Numbered from the stretch's first letter, positions 24,293-34,342 are shown. The stretch: DNA of 64,000 bases from an uncultured virus (IMG/VR IMGVR_UViG_3300022555_000012) (IMGVR_UViG_3300022555_000012); one strand, 5' to 3'. The notes: generated by a model from the letters alone, not told the origin. Program-made: numbers and translations.

Positions 24293-25171
24293 TCAGGAAT
24301 TATTCTCAAAAATCTTTTGACACATACTTATGAAATAATCCTGATCAAAACAATGTTTCATCTGATTGATATCCTTATGAATCCACTGGACATTTGAAGA
24401 TATATATCCTTTGGAACTATCGATCCGATCCAAAGACGCCGTCCTATTCTCCACTTCGTCCATCTGAAGATCCATTCCTGAAATGGCACATTTCCGATCC
24501 TGCTTTAAAAATAGATTCCAAGCCTTTTTAATTCCAATCTTGAAAGACAACTTACGAACACTTGCACTCCGACGAATCCCACTCCAGGTCTTACCGCTTA
24601 TGTCCCCAAATCCCTTCCACAATGGATTTTCAACACCCAACCGATTTCGACTGTTCCGACAACCACAAGACCTTGTCGCTCCTGATAGTAAACTCCCACT
24701 TTTTACATTAACAGTTTTTCCACAATCACAATCACACTCCCATACCACATATCTGTAATTCCTTTCATCCAATGGCCTTTTTGCCAACAACATCCCAAAT
24801 CTTCTTTTAGACAAGTCTTTGGAAATTGTTGAACACCCACAGGAAATTGTCCTCCCTCCTGACAAATTACAACTTTGAACTTCAACAATATTTCCACAAT
24901 CGCATTTACATTCCCATAAAACGTGTCCATTTTTTCTCTTATCGGTAGATCTCAAAACTGTTAATTTCCCAAACTTCTTTCCGTTAAGATCTGTCTTGGA
25001 AAAACAGCCACAAGACTTCGTTTTCCCACTACGAAGTAATGTGGCCCGAACAACTGTTTTGACTCCACAATCACAGATACATTCCCAGAATACACCCTGG
25101 GCATTCTTATGACTGATTTTGGCGACTTGTAATTTCCCGAACTTTTTGCCTTCAATATTGATTTGTTTCAT
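24293..25171 (-). CDS. HNH-type homing endonuclease with three repeated N-terminal Cys modules
   Basis: GKKFGKL..W.C.CDCG..SCGC repeated three times; SLDRIDSSKGY...NVQW..KDIN. Confidence 0.85.
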   Translation of the reverse strand: MKQINIEGKKFGKLQVAKISHKNAQGVFWECICDCGVKTVVRATLLRSGKTKSCGCFSKTDLNGKKFGKLTVLRSTDKRKNGHVLWECKCDCGNIVEVQSCNLSGGRTISCGCSTISKDLSKRRFGMLLAKRPLDERNYRYVVWECDCDCGKTVNVKSGSLLSGATRSCGCRNSRNRLGVENPLWKGFGDISGKTWSGIRRSASVRKLSFKIGIKKAWNLFLKQDRKCAISGMDLQMDEVENRTASLDRIDSSKGYISSNVQWIHKDINQMKHCFDQDYFISMCQKIFENNS

Positions 25172-25216
25172 ACGACATATAATAGTATGATTACAAATTA
25201 ACGCAAGGAAATTCGA

Positions 25217-25876
25217 CTACTCAACAAGTTCTGTTCCCCAGTAGATTTTGCCGAGAAACGCTTCCCAGGTTCTTGGTGATTTACTCGTGACCTGCATCCT
25301 GACCCTTTCAAGAGGCGACACTCTCAAATCCTTAGCCGTTGGTTGGATAGGCTTCCGAATCAACTTCATCCCAACTTCTGAAGGCAGATGATTTGCCATC
25401 TTGTTGTTGCAAGAAATACAAGATAAGACAATATTTTCCCAAGTCATCTTTCCACCACGAGACTTTGGAATAATATGGCCCATATTCATCTCTTCTGTCT
25501 TTCCCTTGAATCCACAGAACTGACAAATCCCCTTATCCCTCAACCAGATGTTCCGACGACTAAAACTTGGCCTGTGATGAAGATTAATCTTTTGCCCAAA
25601 TCCACGATACTCAGTACAAACAATGACCTCTGGAATCAACAAATACCAATCATTTAAAGGAATAACCTGCGTTTCAGCGATCTTGGAGGTCCTAATTGCG
25701 TCATCCCAATTTACAATCCAACTATCAAAGTCGAAAGTGCAAAATGATGTCGGGTCCAAAAACAAGGCACGACCATTAAACACCTTCTTCACAGCATCAA
25801 ATACTGGAATGATGTTAATTGCCCTTCTCTCTGCATTCAAAACCAACGTCCTTGTTACTGTCATCGCCCTACTCAC
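25217..25876 (-). CDS. HNH endonuclease (McrA/HNH_5-like)
   Basis: FSRRNIWLRD..CQFCG...HIIPKSRGG..TWENIVLSC..CN. Confidence 0.85.
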   Translation of the reverse strand: MSRAMTVTRTLVLNAERRAINIIPVFDAVKKVFNGRALFLDPTSFCTFDFDSWIVNWDDAIRTSKIAETQVIPLNDWYLLIPEVIVCTEYRGFGQKINLHHRPSFSRRNIWLRDKGICQFCGFKGKTEEMNMGHIIPKSRGGKMTWENIVLSCISCNNKMANHLPSEVGMKLIRKPIQPTAKDLRVSPLERVRMQVTSKSPRTWEAFLGKIYWGTELVE

Positions 25877-25893
25877 GTTACACCTATCTCCCT

Positions 25894-26679
25894 TTACTGT
25901 TTACCTTCCTCCGTTTTGTTCACATCATCCTGTTTATCGAAAGTCTTTCCTAATCCAAAATCTTTTATAAAGTTTCGAAGCCTTGGGAGAGTTTCATCCG
26001 CCATCTTCCCAAAATTCACCTTCTCGCCTCTCCACCCCTTATAATTCAAATGCCAGTCTTCTCCATCCTCCGGACTCCACATGAAAGCCGGGATGTGATA
26101 CCCAGCCGCCAAATTTGCCGAAAACGACCTGGGTGTCAAGACACAGATCGCATTCTGCACCTGTCTCATCATAAACGGAACATCATCTCTCAATAAACTG
26201 TAATCTACATTCTCATATACTCTTGGAGTCTTCAAGTTCCCAATCGCATAAACCGTCTTCCCTGTCTCCCGGACAAATTCATTCACAATGTCCTGAACAT
26301 ACTTTGCCGGAGGATTATACGCGTAATTCGAATTTGGCTGAAGCAAAACCTTCGACGAACACTTTACAAAATCAGGCAATCTCAGTTCAGGATCTACTAT
26401 CGGAAGGCCAAATTCAGAATAATAAGTCCCGAGTATGTTTACAAACAATCCAGGATGCTTATTCCGATGCTTGTCTGCCGCCATAACATGCAGTTCCACA
26501 CCTCTCGTTCCAAACTTCAATCTCGGGTGATCATAAGCCTCAACCACATCTTTGAAGAAATTGACATATACGACCCCGTCAATCTTCTCGGCGAACTCTA
26601 TCGCCGCACTAAGACAACAGATATTGTCCCCACAATGTCCCAAATGTTCGCCGACGAAAAACTCTTTCATGTCAATCAT
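25894..26679 (-). CDS. putative glycosyltransferase (GT9-like)
   Basis: HCGDNICC N-terminal motif and SFSANLAAGYHIPAF C-terminal pattern. Confidence 0.45.
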   Translation of the reverse strand: MIDMKEFFVGEHLGHCGDNICCLSAAIEFAEKIDGVVYVNFFKDVVEAYDHPRLKFGTRGVELHVMAADKHRNKHPGLFVNILGTYYSEFGLPIVDPELRLPDFVKCSSKVLLQPNSNYAYNPPAKYVQDIVNEFVRETGKTVYAIGNLKTPRVYENVDYSLLRDDVPFMMRQVQNAICVLTPRSFSANLAAGYHIPAFMWSPEDGEDWHLNYKGWRGEKVNFGKMADETLPRLRNFIKDFGLGKTFDKQDDVNKTEEGKQ

Positions 26680-26773
26680 GTTTTATTCCTCACAAATTCC
26701 CCGACGAATGTAGAAATCATTAGGACCTCTTTAAAATTCCTGTCAATCATCCAAAACATTATCAGTCTTAAAA

Positions 26774-26849
26774 TGGCTGTCTCAGTAGGATTCGAACCTA
26801 CAACCTTCACATTCAGAGTGTGAAATGCTACCAATTACACCATGAGACA
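26774..26849 (-). tRNA. tRNA-Gln(CTG)
   Basis: Cloverleaf; TCACA-CTCTGAA-TGTGA; encoded CCA. Confidence 0.93.
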
Positions 26850-26859
26850 ATACTCCTCT

Positions 26860-26934
26860 TGGATGCTCGACTGGGATTCGAACCCAAACCGTCAGGATCA
26901 AAACCTGATGTGCTAGCCATTACACCATCGAGCA
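26860..26934 (-). tRNA. tRNA-Gln(TTG)
   Basis: TCAGG-TTTTGAT-CCTGA; CCA. Confidence 0.93.
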
Positions 26935-27228
26935 TACTTCAAAACTGAATCGGTGGATAATCCGGCTTGTTACCCCACCTCACTACCGACTTCCCTGTCT
27001 CCGGGGCCGCATAACAGTATACACTGTCATCCTCTGCCACCACCCGGTGAGTCGATCCACCCTTCCTGAATACCAAGGCTATTGGATTCTCAATCCGACA
27101 GATCACCTTGCCATCCACCAACACTTCCCTCCAGGCCTCTGCCGTAATATCACAGACCTTGTAATCTGAGTTCTTCCCGATAGACTGCATCACACTCACC
27201 AATATCGCCTGAACTTCATCTTTGTTTC

Positions 27229-28110
27229 TCATATTTTTACTCCAAAATACCCGCACAAAAATTGCACGGACTCTTCAACTGTCTTATTTTGCGTATCAAC
27301 TGCCAACGCTGACTCACCTGCGGGAATATCATACGGTGCATCTACCCCGGTGAAGTTCTTAATCTTCCCCGCCCGTGCCTTCGCATACATCCCCTTCACA
27401 TCCCTCTTCTCACAAACATTAAGATAGCTCTCAGCATAGACGATCTTCACATTCTTCACGATCCCGCGAACAATGTCCCTCAGTTCCTTCGTCGGAGATA
27501 CAAAACTTGCCAAAACCACAGTCTTGTTACGATTGAACATCTCACAAGTCCAGGCCGCCCGTCTAAGATTCTCTTCCCTGCCACCGTCCACGAACCCGAG
27601 TCCCTGACATAGCCCCGTCCGAAGGTCATCCCCGTCCACCAGGACGACATTGTAACCCGCAGCCATTAACTTGACCCGGAACTCCTTTGCCAAGGTCGTC
27701 TTGCCCGAACATGGTAGCCCAGTGAACCACACCGTTGTCTCCAGCAACTTCAGATACTGTTCCACATCAGGATGCAGATTACCAGCCCCTTGCCCATTCC
27801 TCACCTTTGTCGCAGAGATCTCCTGCACATCCTTGGGAACCTCCATGTAGTTGATATCGTATCCAACTCCACGCCCCACATTGATACTCTCGATATCTGG
27901 GAACAACATCACCTCGACCTTGTCTCCGTATACCCGGTTAATCATCTCACGTCTCTGATCGTAGGTATATGGGTCACTGTCCGAAATCGGAGTGTCCCTA
28001 CAACCGATAATCACCCTCTTGCCGGCATTAACCGCCTGGTCAATGATACATTTGTGACCGTTATGGAACGGCTGAAATCTGCCGACAAACAATGCTGCTC
28101 TTTGTTTCAT
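27229..28110 (-). CDS. cysC: nucleotidyltransferase (HIGH-type) fused to adenylylsulfate kinase
   Basis: GRFQPFHNGH; WFTGLPCSGKTT; DGDDLR; RDVKGMYAKARAGKIKNFTGVDAPY. Confidence 0.88.
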   Translation of the reverse strand: MKQRAALFVGRFQPFHNGHKCIIDQAVNAGKRVIIGCRDTPISDSDPYTYDQRREMINRVYGDKVEVMLFPDIESINVGRGVGYDINYMEVPKDVQEISATKVRNGQGAGNLHPDVEQYLKLLETTVWFTGLPCSGKTTLAKEFRVKLMAAGYNVVLVDGDDLRTGLCQGLGFVDGGREENLRRAAWTCEMFNRNKTVVLASFVSPTKELRDIVRGIVKNVKIVYAESYLNVCEKRDVKGMYAKARAGKIKNFTGVDAPYDIPAGESALAVDTQNKTVEESVQFLCGYFGVKI

Positions 28111-28121
28111 ATGATTCTCCT

Positions 28122-28199
28122 TGGCGTCCCGAGCAGGGTTCGAACCTGCGACCTAAAGTTTAGAAAACTCTTGCTCTATCCAAACTGAGCTACCGGGAC
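28122..28199 (-). tRNA. tRNA-Arg(TCT)
   Basis: AGAGT-TTTCTAA-ACTTT; CCA. Confidence 0.92.
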
Positions 28200-28213
28200 A
28201 AACTTTAATTATC

Positions 28214-28254
28214 TGGCGGGGAAGACAGGAGTCGAACCTGCACCGAACTGTTTA
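28214..28254 (-). pseudogene. 3' half of disrupted tRNA-Arg(CCT)
   Basis: TAAACAGT-TCGGT-GCAGG-TTCGACT-CCTGT-CTTCCCC-GCCA; pairs with the 5' half at 29021-29057. Confidence 0.85.
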
Positions 28255-28256
28255 CT

Positions 28257-28332
28257 TGGTAGGGCTACCCAGAATTGAACTGGGATCATCCGATTAGGAA
28301 TCGGGTACTCTGTCCATTTGAGCTATAGCCCC
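28257..28332 (-). tRNA. tRNA-Arg(CCT), intact replacement copy
   Basis: CCCGA-TTCCTAA-TCGGA; CCA. Confidence 0.92.
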
Positions 28333-28333
28333 A

Positions 28334-28972
28334 TCACTTTAAAAGTTCAAAATTCCCTCTATATTTTTCAACATCAGTTCTCTCTGCATCTCCTATTGGG
28401 TCTCTCAATATCCATATTCTAAGACTGTTCCGCCCGTCAGCCACACTGTGAGGAAGAACATAAACACTGTCATTATCAGCACAATATCCTAAAAAGAAGT
28501 CAACCTCCTCTTTACTGTAAGAATGCCTAACAGCCTTCTTATTTGCTCCTCCCTTTCTGACTGAACAAAATAAGAACTCGTGACATCCACGAGCAACCGG
28601 ATAAATATACTTACATTGACACTTTACAACACTTCCATCTTTTTTCAGAACCAACAAGTCTATCGGAGTGTCCTCCGTCATTGGTTTGAAAACCTTAACT
28701 CCTCCGAACATCAACCTCGCACAAATCATCTGCCTTGCCGCTTCACCGATATCGGTCTTTGACAATCCAGGTCTCTCTTTTGCCACTATCTGTTCTACAA
28801 CCCGACGACCTGGAGCCGAACGCAACACCTTCGACGAATCACACCCTTTAATAATATTCGCCATCGTTGACTTTGATCGTCCATACTTTTTGAGTAACTG
28901 TCCAAGTGTCAGTCCTCTCATTTCTCGATCTTCGACTATCTGCATCCTCACATCTTCTGATATTCTGTTCAT
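28334..28972 (-). CDS. HTH + PD-(D/E)XK homing-type endonuclease
   Basis: GE.....PIDLLV...KCQCK and Y....VDFF motifs; N-terminal HTH. Confidence 0.8.
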   Translation of the reverse strand: MNRISEDVRMQIVEDREMRGLTLGQLLKKYGRSKSTMANIIKGCDSSKVLRSAPGRRVVEQIVAKERPGLSKTDIGEAARQMICARLMFGGVKVFKPMTEDTPIDLLVLKKDGSVVKCQCKYIYPVARGCHEFLFCSVRKGGANKKAVRHSYSKEEVDFFLGYCADNDSVYVLPHSVADGRNSLRIWILRDPIGDAERTDVEKYRGNFELLK

Positions 28973-29020
28973 AAATCATCCTCCGAAAACAGAATATCAA
29001 CTTACTACAAACCAGTCAAC

Positions 29021-29057
29021 TAGGAAACAGCCGCATTGTCCATTGTGCTACATCCCC
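29021..29057 (-). pseudogene. 5' half of disrupted tRNA-Arg(CCT)
   Basis: GGGGATG-TAGCACAATGGACAATGCG-GCTGT-TTCCTA, then non-tRNA sequence. Confidence 0.85.
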
Positions 29058-29250
29058 AAAAATCTACTTCTTCAATCGTCTCTTACCACTCCTCTTGTTA
29101 CAGACCGGACACTTTGCCCCAGGGCCAACAAATGACCGGTCACAATACTCACAATAGAACTTCGTCTTCCGTGGTGCAAGTGCCTTCTCCCTATTCGAGA
29201 GAATGTCCTTATCAACTATCTCTTTCTTACGCATTGGAAATACTTCTTTC

Positions 29251-29326
29251 TGGAGTGCGTTAAGGGAATTGAACCCTCGACCCTGACATTGGAAGTGTCA
29301 CGCTCTACCAACTGAGCTAAACGCAC
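29251..29326 (-). tRNA. tRNA-Gly(TCC)
   Basis: TGACA-CTTCCAA-TGTCA; CCA. Confidence 0.93.
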
Positions 29327-29942
29327 GCTTTTCGATTTAACTAATGGTGAGAATATAAACAAATTATTGCTCATTCTCCAATTCATTGAGTTACTATCGC
29401 ATTCACCTTCATCCTCTGACCCAATACCCATGTCCCTCCCTGGGACTCAGGCCTATTATACTTCTCAATCCCCGTCACCGAAACTTCACACCATATCCTG
29501 CCAACCTTTGAAAGATGTGGAGCCACCGGCTTCAATGTGCAATGCCACCCTTTCCGACGAGCAAAACCTTTTGTCGGATGATCCTCTGCATCCAACCACT
29601 TGCCGAGAGGGATCACCTGCCGGCAATTTATAAACAACGGACCAAGTGTCTGATTCTTCCGAACTCGTAACAGTTTATACGCACGCATCTTTTTCTTTAG
29701 CCCGTAACTCCTGCATCGTCAACTTCGTTTTTCCCTTCTCATGCTTCCGAGGATTCCCACAACACCGGCACGAACAGGAATGAGGTGTATGAGCCATTAT
29801 CCCCACACTCTTCGGCGACAAGATCTTCGACTTGTCATCTAATGAGGACCAAGTCTCTTTCACGAACTTGTGAACCTTTGCCTTTTTACGCTTTTCCGCT
29901 GCCAATCTTGTTCCACGATCGCTCATACTTATTCCCCCTCTT

Positions 29943-30017
29943 TGGAGCGTCAGATGGGGATTGAACCCACGACATTCTACTTGGGAAGCAGACATTCTAC
30001 CACTGAATTACTGACGC
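29943..30017 (-). tRNA. tRNA-Gly(CCC)
   Basis: TCTGC-TTCCCAA-GTAGA; CCA. Confidence 0.93.
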
Positions 30018-30117
30018 ATTCAACCAACATTGCCAAATCTATCTTAAAATACGGAAAGAAGAAAGGACAGACCTATTTCAAGACTGTCCCTTCTCATCCA
30101 TATCTAACGGTCAAAGA

Positions 30118-31578
30118 TTATCCCCGGCGAAACCACGAGAACCAACCCTTCTCTGATTCTTTCTTCTTGGGTTCTTTCTGAAGTGCTTCCATTCTCTGCA
30201 CTTCTTTTGTGACCGCCACACCTCGTCTCACCAATGACACGTAATCCTTCTCCGCCCGTTCCACTTCCTTCTTCGCCTTCTCGACACACTCCATCAGATC
30301 CTGAAGGGCCTCCGCAAGCCTCTCCATCTCCCTGAAGGTCAGAACTTCCCTCTCAGGCTTCTCTGGATTCAGTTCCAGCAACCCTTCAGGTCCATCCGGT
30401 GTAACTACCACAGGCTCAACTACTGGTGTCACCTCGGGAACTACAGGCTGTTCTGGCATCACATCTCCAACCGTCAAGAACGTCGGCCTTCCGACCGTAA
30501 GTGAGTCGTTAATGAATCCCCTAATTTCCGCCCAGTCACGAATACTCGTCTGCATCTTCGTCGTATCCGTCGCCATCAATACCATATTGATCTCCTTCAG
30601 CATCTCGGCCGAGAATGGATCTCCCATCAAAAGATCACCATTCTTTGCAACACTCGGGACATTCTCAGCAATCCTGTCTGCCAGGTCCCGATACTTCCCA
30701 ATCTCATTCATGTTGATATACCACCTTTCGAATGTCTTGCATTTGACACCCAATCCCAAAGCAATTGGGGTCAAGTTCCCTGTCATCCCACAGAATTCTT
30801 TGCTCTGAGACTCCAAAACACATCCTGCCAGCGGAAAATCAAACGCCTGGGGCATTTGAACGGGTCCGACATACTTGACTTTGCAGACAATCGGAACCTT
30901 GATCTCCACACTTGTCTTACTCACTTCGGTCATCGGACTCGCCCGCAACCCTGACAAGAATATCACTGGTCTGTCCTGACCTCCTTTAGTCCTCAGACAT
31001 CCTATCGTCCCATGCAATGCCGGACCCAACTTCAGAGTATTCGTGGTCTTCAACTTCCTCTCTCCCAGATCCTCTTTGGAGTCCGCATCCTCTCCTGCCA
31101 GCAAATCATCCGGGTCTGGAGGAAGAGGCTTATTGACCTTCGTCACCGGGGCTTCAACGTCCGGCTCATTCTTTACCGGAATCCGACTACCCAGTGTCTT
31201 GATTTCAATATCAAAATGCTTATTGAACAGGTCAATAAATTCCTGAATAGGCACCCTCTCCGGTGTCGTCATCCGATATGTATCACCGAGAGCCAAGGGG
31301 ATACAACGACTTACAACATCCAGAACATCTTGATCTGCTTGAAAATTGAAACAAGCATCTCCGGCGAGACGAGGTGGAATCATATAAATCTCCCGAAGAA
31401 GTCTGTCGAGTTCTGCCCAGAAGATTGCTGCGGAGGAAGAATAGATCCTTCCTGCGGATCTCCTTGGCCTCCCGGCGACATGCAGTTCAATCTGATTTGA
31501 ATATTTACGATACCATCCATTACAAGTGTTCATCATCGATAATCTGTCTAAAATGCCCGGTACTGTATTCATATGCAT
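30118..31578 (-). CDS. hypothetical protein with C-terminal coiled coil
   Basis: 486 aa ORF. Confidence 0.7.
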   Translation of the reverse strand: MHMNTVPGILDRLSMMNTCNGWYRKYSNQIELHVAGRPRRSAGRIYSSSAAIFWAELDRLLREIYMIPPRLAGDACFNFQADQDVLDVVSRCIPLALGDTYRMTTPERVPIQEFIDLFNKHFDIEIKTLGSRIPVKNEPDVEAPVTKVNKPLPPDPDDLLAGEDADSKEDLGERKLKTTNTLKLGPALHGTIGCLRTKGGQDRPVIFLSGLRASPMTEVSKTSVEIKVPIVCKVKYVGPVQMPQAFDFPLAGCVLESQSKEFCGMTGNLTPIALGLGVKCKTFERWYINMNEIGKYRDLADRIAENVPSVAKNGDLLMGDPFSAEMLKEINMVLMATDTTKMQTSIRDWAEIRGFINDSLTVGRPTFLTVGDVMPEQPVVPEVTPVVEPVVVTPDGPEGLLELNPEKPEREVLTFREMERLAEALQDLMECVEKAKKEVERAEKDYVSLVRRGVAVTKEVQRMEALQKEPKKKESEKGWFSWFRRG

Positions 31579-31625
31579 CCTCTATTTGTTAATATTGCTT
31601 GATCTATTATACGCCGGAAGAAGAT

Positions 31626-31988
31626 TTATTTGCCGATGTTTTTAGAAATTTCTGCCCGAATCATGGCCACAACAGCCGGAAGATTCACAAAGACCTCTGA
31701 AGCCGTGAACCGGATCGTCTTAATCCCGTGAGAAGCGAAGACAGCATCCCTGTTCTTATCCGACTCCACCATTGCCTTCTGAAGATGATATTTGCCATCC
31801 GTCTCGATGATAAGTTTGGCCTTTGGACACCAGAAATCAGCGATATACCCATACATCGCCTTCTGACTGTGGATTGCTACCCCGAGTTGATTGTTCTTGA
31901 TCTTTGCCCAGAGTTTCTTCTCAGGCCAAGACTTGTGCCTGGACATATAAGCCGCCCGACGAACTATCCATGGCTTTTTCACCCTCAT
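31626..31988 (-). CDS. DUF559 / Vsr-like endonuclease
   Basis: EKKLW...YIADFWCP..KLIIETDG.YH....D..RD. Confidence 0.85.
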   Translation of the reverse strand: MRVKKPWIVRRAAYMSRHKSWPEKKLWAKIKNNQLGVAIHSQKAMYGYIADFWCPKAKLIIETDGKYHLQKAMVESDKNRDAVFASHGIKTIRFTASEVFVNLPAVVAMIRAEISKNIGK

Positions 31989-32623
31989 TCTTTTTTCTCA
32001 TCAACATTTTGATAACAATAAACCAGTTGGCATCCAAATCTTGTTGGGACATTTTCAACAATTTTTACCCCGAGTTGGCTCTCCATGTCTTCCCTTGTTG
32101 GAAAATTGGACAAATGTTGTTGTTCTGGTTTCTGCCCCAAAGGACATGACCCAATCAACCATCCTCCCGGTTTTATTTTCCCTTTAAGTTTTTGCATCAC
32201 AATTTCCGGATGAATCAAATGTTCCATAATCTCAAAAGTTAATATCAGGTCAAATTGCTCATGACTTTCAACTAAATAATCTCGAACATCAAATGTCTCC
32301 ATCTTTACCAAATTCTCGATACCTATTTTCCTCAACTCTTCTTTTCCATTTTGAATTCTCTTTTCGGCATAATCAATTCCCAACACTGAACTTCCAAACT
32401 TTAATGCCATAAAAACGGATGTTCTCCCCGTCCCACATCCGAAATCCAAAACCCTCATGTTTTGAGGTTTTATTCCTAGTTTTTCAAAAATATAAAGAAG
32501 ACTTTTACCAGATATTGAAGCGTTTATTAGTCCACTGTAGCCCCTCGACATCTCGTAGTATGGAATAACAGAATTATAAAGTCCTTTCCATTTTTGCTCA
32601 ATCTGAAGTGACTGACTGCTCAT
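31985..32623 (-). CDS. class I SAM-dependent methyltransferase
   Basis: VLDFGCGTG; FDLILTFEIMEHL; KPGG. Confidence 0.88.
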   Translation of the reverse strand: MSSQSLQIEQKWKGLYNSVIPYYEMSRGYSGLINASISGKSLLYIFEKLGIKPQNMRVLDFGCGTGRTSVFMALKFGSSVLGIDYAEKRIQNGKEELRKIGIENLVKMETFDVRDYLVESHEQFDLILTFEIMEHLIHPEIVMQKLKGKIKPGGWLIGSCPLGQKPEQQHLSNFPTREDMESQLGVKIVENVPTRFGCQLVYCYQNVDEKKE

Positions 32624-32936
32624 TGTTCGGCCCTTTCTTTTTCAATGTTACTTCCAAGATAAATTCCCTTATTACTTCTCCGTGGCATTCCAATGGACTA
32701 CACCAGCAAATCAATGTCAACTCCCCTGTTCTCATGTAGTTTTCCACGAGTATCATAAAAGCCTTCTGAGTTGGGTTTGTTGTCTCCAACTTGGTCAACA
32801 ACCATTCCCGATACATGCTGATCACCTCTGTCCGTGATCTCTTCAACGTTATCTCAAAGGGATTCCCCAGAGGTGATGGACGACCAATGTAAAATCCATC
32901 CCCTGTATAGATCTTTCTATTTTCAATCTTAATCAT
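32598..32936 (-). CDS. DUF4326-family protein
   Basis: YIGRPSPLGNPF...L.CWCSP..CHG. Confidence 0.8.
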   Translation of the reverse strand: MIKIENRKIYTGDGFYIGRPSPLGNPFEITLKRSRTEVISMYREWLLTKLETTNPTQKAFMILVENYMRTGELTLICWCSPLECHGEVIREFILEVTLKKKGPNNEQSVTSD

Positions 32937-33844
32937 GTCGAAAATGACTTCAAATCTTCCGCTATTGTGTCGAATCTTATTTTTCCTTCTTCTGTTAAAA
33001 GAAAGTCAATCCATTTGACCCCACCATAAACTGCTATTAAATTCCAAATCCTTAAATCGTCATGTTTTACAATCCCGATTGACTCTATCTCTAATTTCGC
33101 CTTCCACCAATCCCTACTCGGAGAAACAACACCACATTGTTTCAAAGTTTCCATATTCACGCCAGGAGTCCACTCCAACTCTTTCCCACCTTTAAACATT
33201 TTTAATTTCTGATCTTTCCAAATCTGCCGGTAACAATTTCTCAACTCTCCTCCCCAGAACGAGCGAACAGGACTTCTCTCAAATTCTCCCTCAATTACCC
33301 ATAAATTTCTTGTTTCATAGGTGTGAGCCTTCGGTTCCCCTACTAACCTTACTTTCCTACCACTATGTTTTTCAAGCCAACCTTTTTGATCTTGAGTGAA
33401 CTCCTTTATTTTACCCTGACCACAAGCTCTGACATCATTATAATCCGGCAACTCCACGAAAATTTTCCCTGAACAAGATGCCAAATTTTTAATGATTTGT
33501 TCCGGCTCTGGCATCCAATGTAAAACACTTAAAAGTAAAGTATTTTCATAAAAATCACAAACCTGTGACAACATTTTTGTTTTTTCAACAGTCAGATCGG
33601 TTTGACATATCGCCACAGCACCCAAATATTTTCTCACCCATTCTTTTTGAACACTAATCCGATCTGTCATTTTTTCTATAGAGAAAACAAAATTACCATT
33701 TTTTGCAGACTCTCTTGAGAAAAACCCTTCTGCACTTCCGACATCCAATACAACTCCAGGAAGAATCTCGTTTTTTAAGATTTCCCATCTTTCTTTACAA
33801 TCTCTTTCCCCATTAGACCCAACAACATTTTTTTGATACGGCAT
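32933..33844 (-). CDS. SAM methyltransferase with kinase-like C-terminus (WbdD-like architecture)
   Basis: VLDVGSAEGFFS; LLLSVLHW; HDDLRIWNL...WIDF. Confidence 0.6.
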   Translation of the reverse strand: MPYQKNVVGSNGERDCKERWEILKNEILPGVVLDVGSAEGFFSRESAKNGNFVFSIEKMTDRISVQKEWVRKYLGAVAICQTDLTVEKTKMLSQVCDFYENTLLLSVLHWMPEPEQIIKNLASCSGKIFVELPDYNDVRACGQGKIKEFTQDQKGWLEKHSGRKVRLVGEPKAHTYETRNLWVIEGEFERSPVRSFWGGELRNCYRQIWKDQKLKMFKGGKELEWTPGVNMETLKQCGVVSPSRDWWKAKLEIESIGIVKHDDLRIWNLIAVYGGVKWIDFLLTEEGKIRFDTIAEDLKSFST

Positions 33845-34094
33845 AATATTTACCTTAATTTTTGCACACTAACAATCTCTCGTGTCCCAAACCGTTAAAA
33901 TCCCATCTGGGGCTGTCGCAAACTGGATCTCTAATGTTCCCTTACATTTCTCCCCACCATGCCCCGATGGACAAGCCCAGTAATCTCGGCGTTCAAAAGT
34001 CTCAACCTTTAACCAGACCCCTGTGACACATTGATTACACTTCATCCTAAACCCAGGAGTGATTGATATTTTACTCTGTTTGTGGTCAATCATA

Positions 34095-34134
34095 TGGAGC
34101 CGGAGACAGGACTTGAACCCTCAACCTTTGCATT
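34095..34134 (-). pseudogene. 3' half remnant of a tRNA-Thr-like gene
   Basis: GAGGG-TTCAAGT-CCTGT-CTCCGGC-TCCA immediately after the intact tRNA-Thr(CGT). Confidence 0.7.
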
Positions 34135-34136
34135 CT

Positions 34137-34219
34137 TGGAGCCGAGTGAGGGACTCGAACCCCCGCGTCTTTCGAGGCAGCTTACGATGCTGCTGCTGTC
34201 GCCACTGAGCCAACCCGGC
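34137..34219 (-). tRNA. tRNA-Thr(CGT) with extended variable arm
   Basis: GCAGC-ATCGTAA-GCTGC; variable region CTCGAAAGAC; CCA. Confidence 0.85.
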
Positions 34220-34342
34220 AAATTACCAAACATAATCTTCCTCTTTAAAATAACCCATCCCCACTAGAAGTCTTCAACCATCCCATCCCAAAAGGATGTT
34301 CTTCAATGATCCCAAACCATGTTTGCTTGTGAATCATAATAT

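Noticed and set aside
28255..29020. Group I intron in the tRNA-Arg anticodon loop
   Set aside because: The insert is almost fully occupied by promoter, ORF and a complete tRNA; there is no space for or sign of a catalytic core.
34095..34134. Prophage or integrative-element att site (duplicated tRNA 3' end)
   Set aside because: The remnant is not identical to the adjacent tRNA end and no integrase is present in the window.
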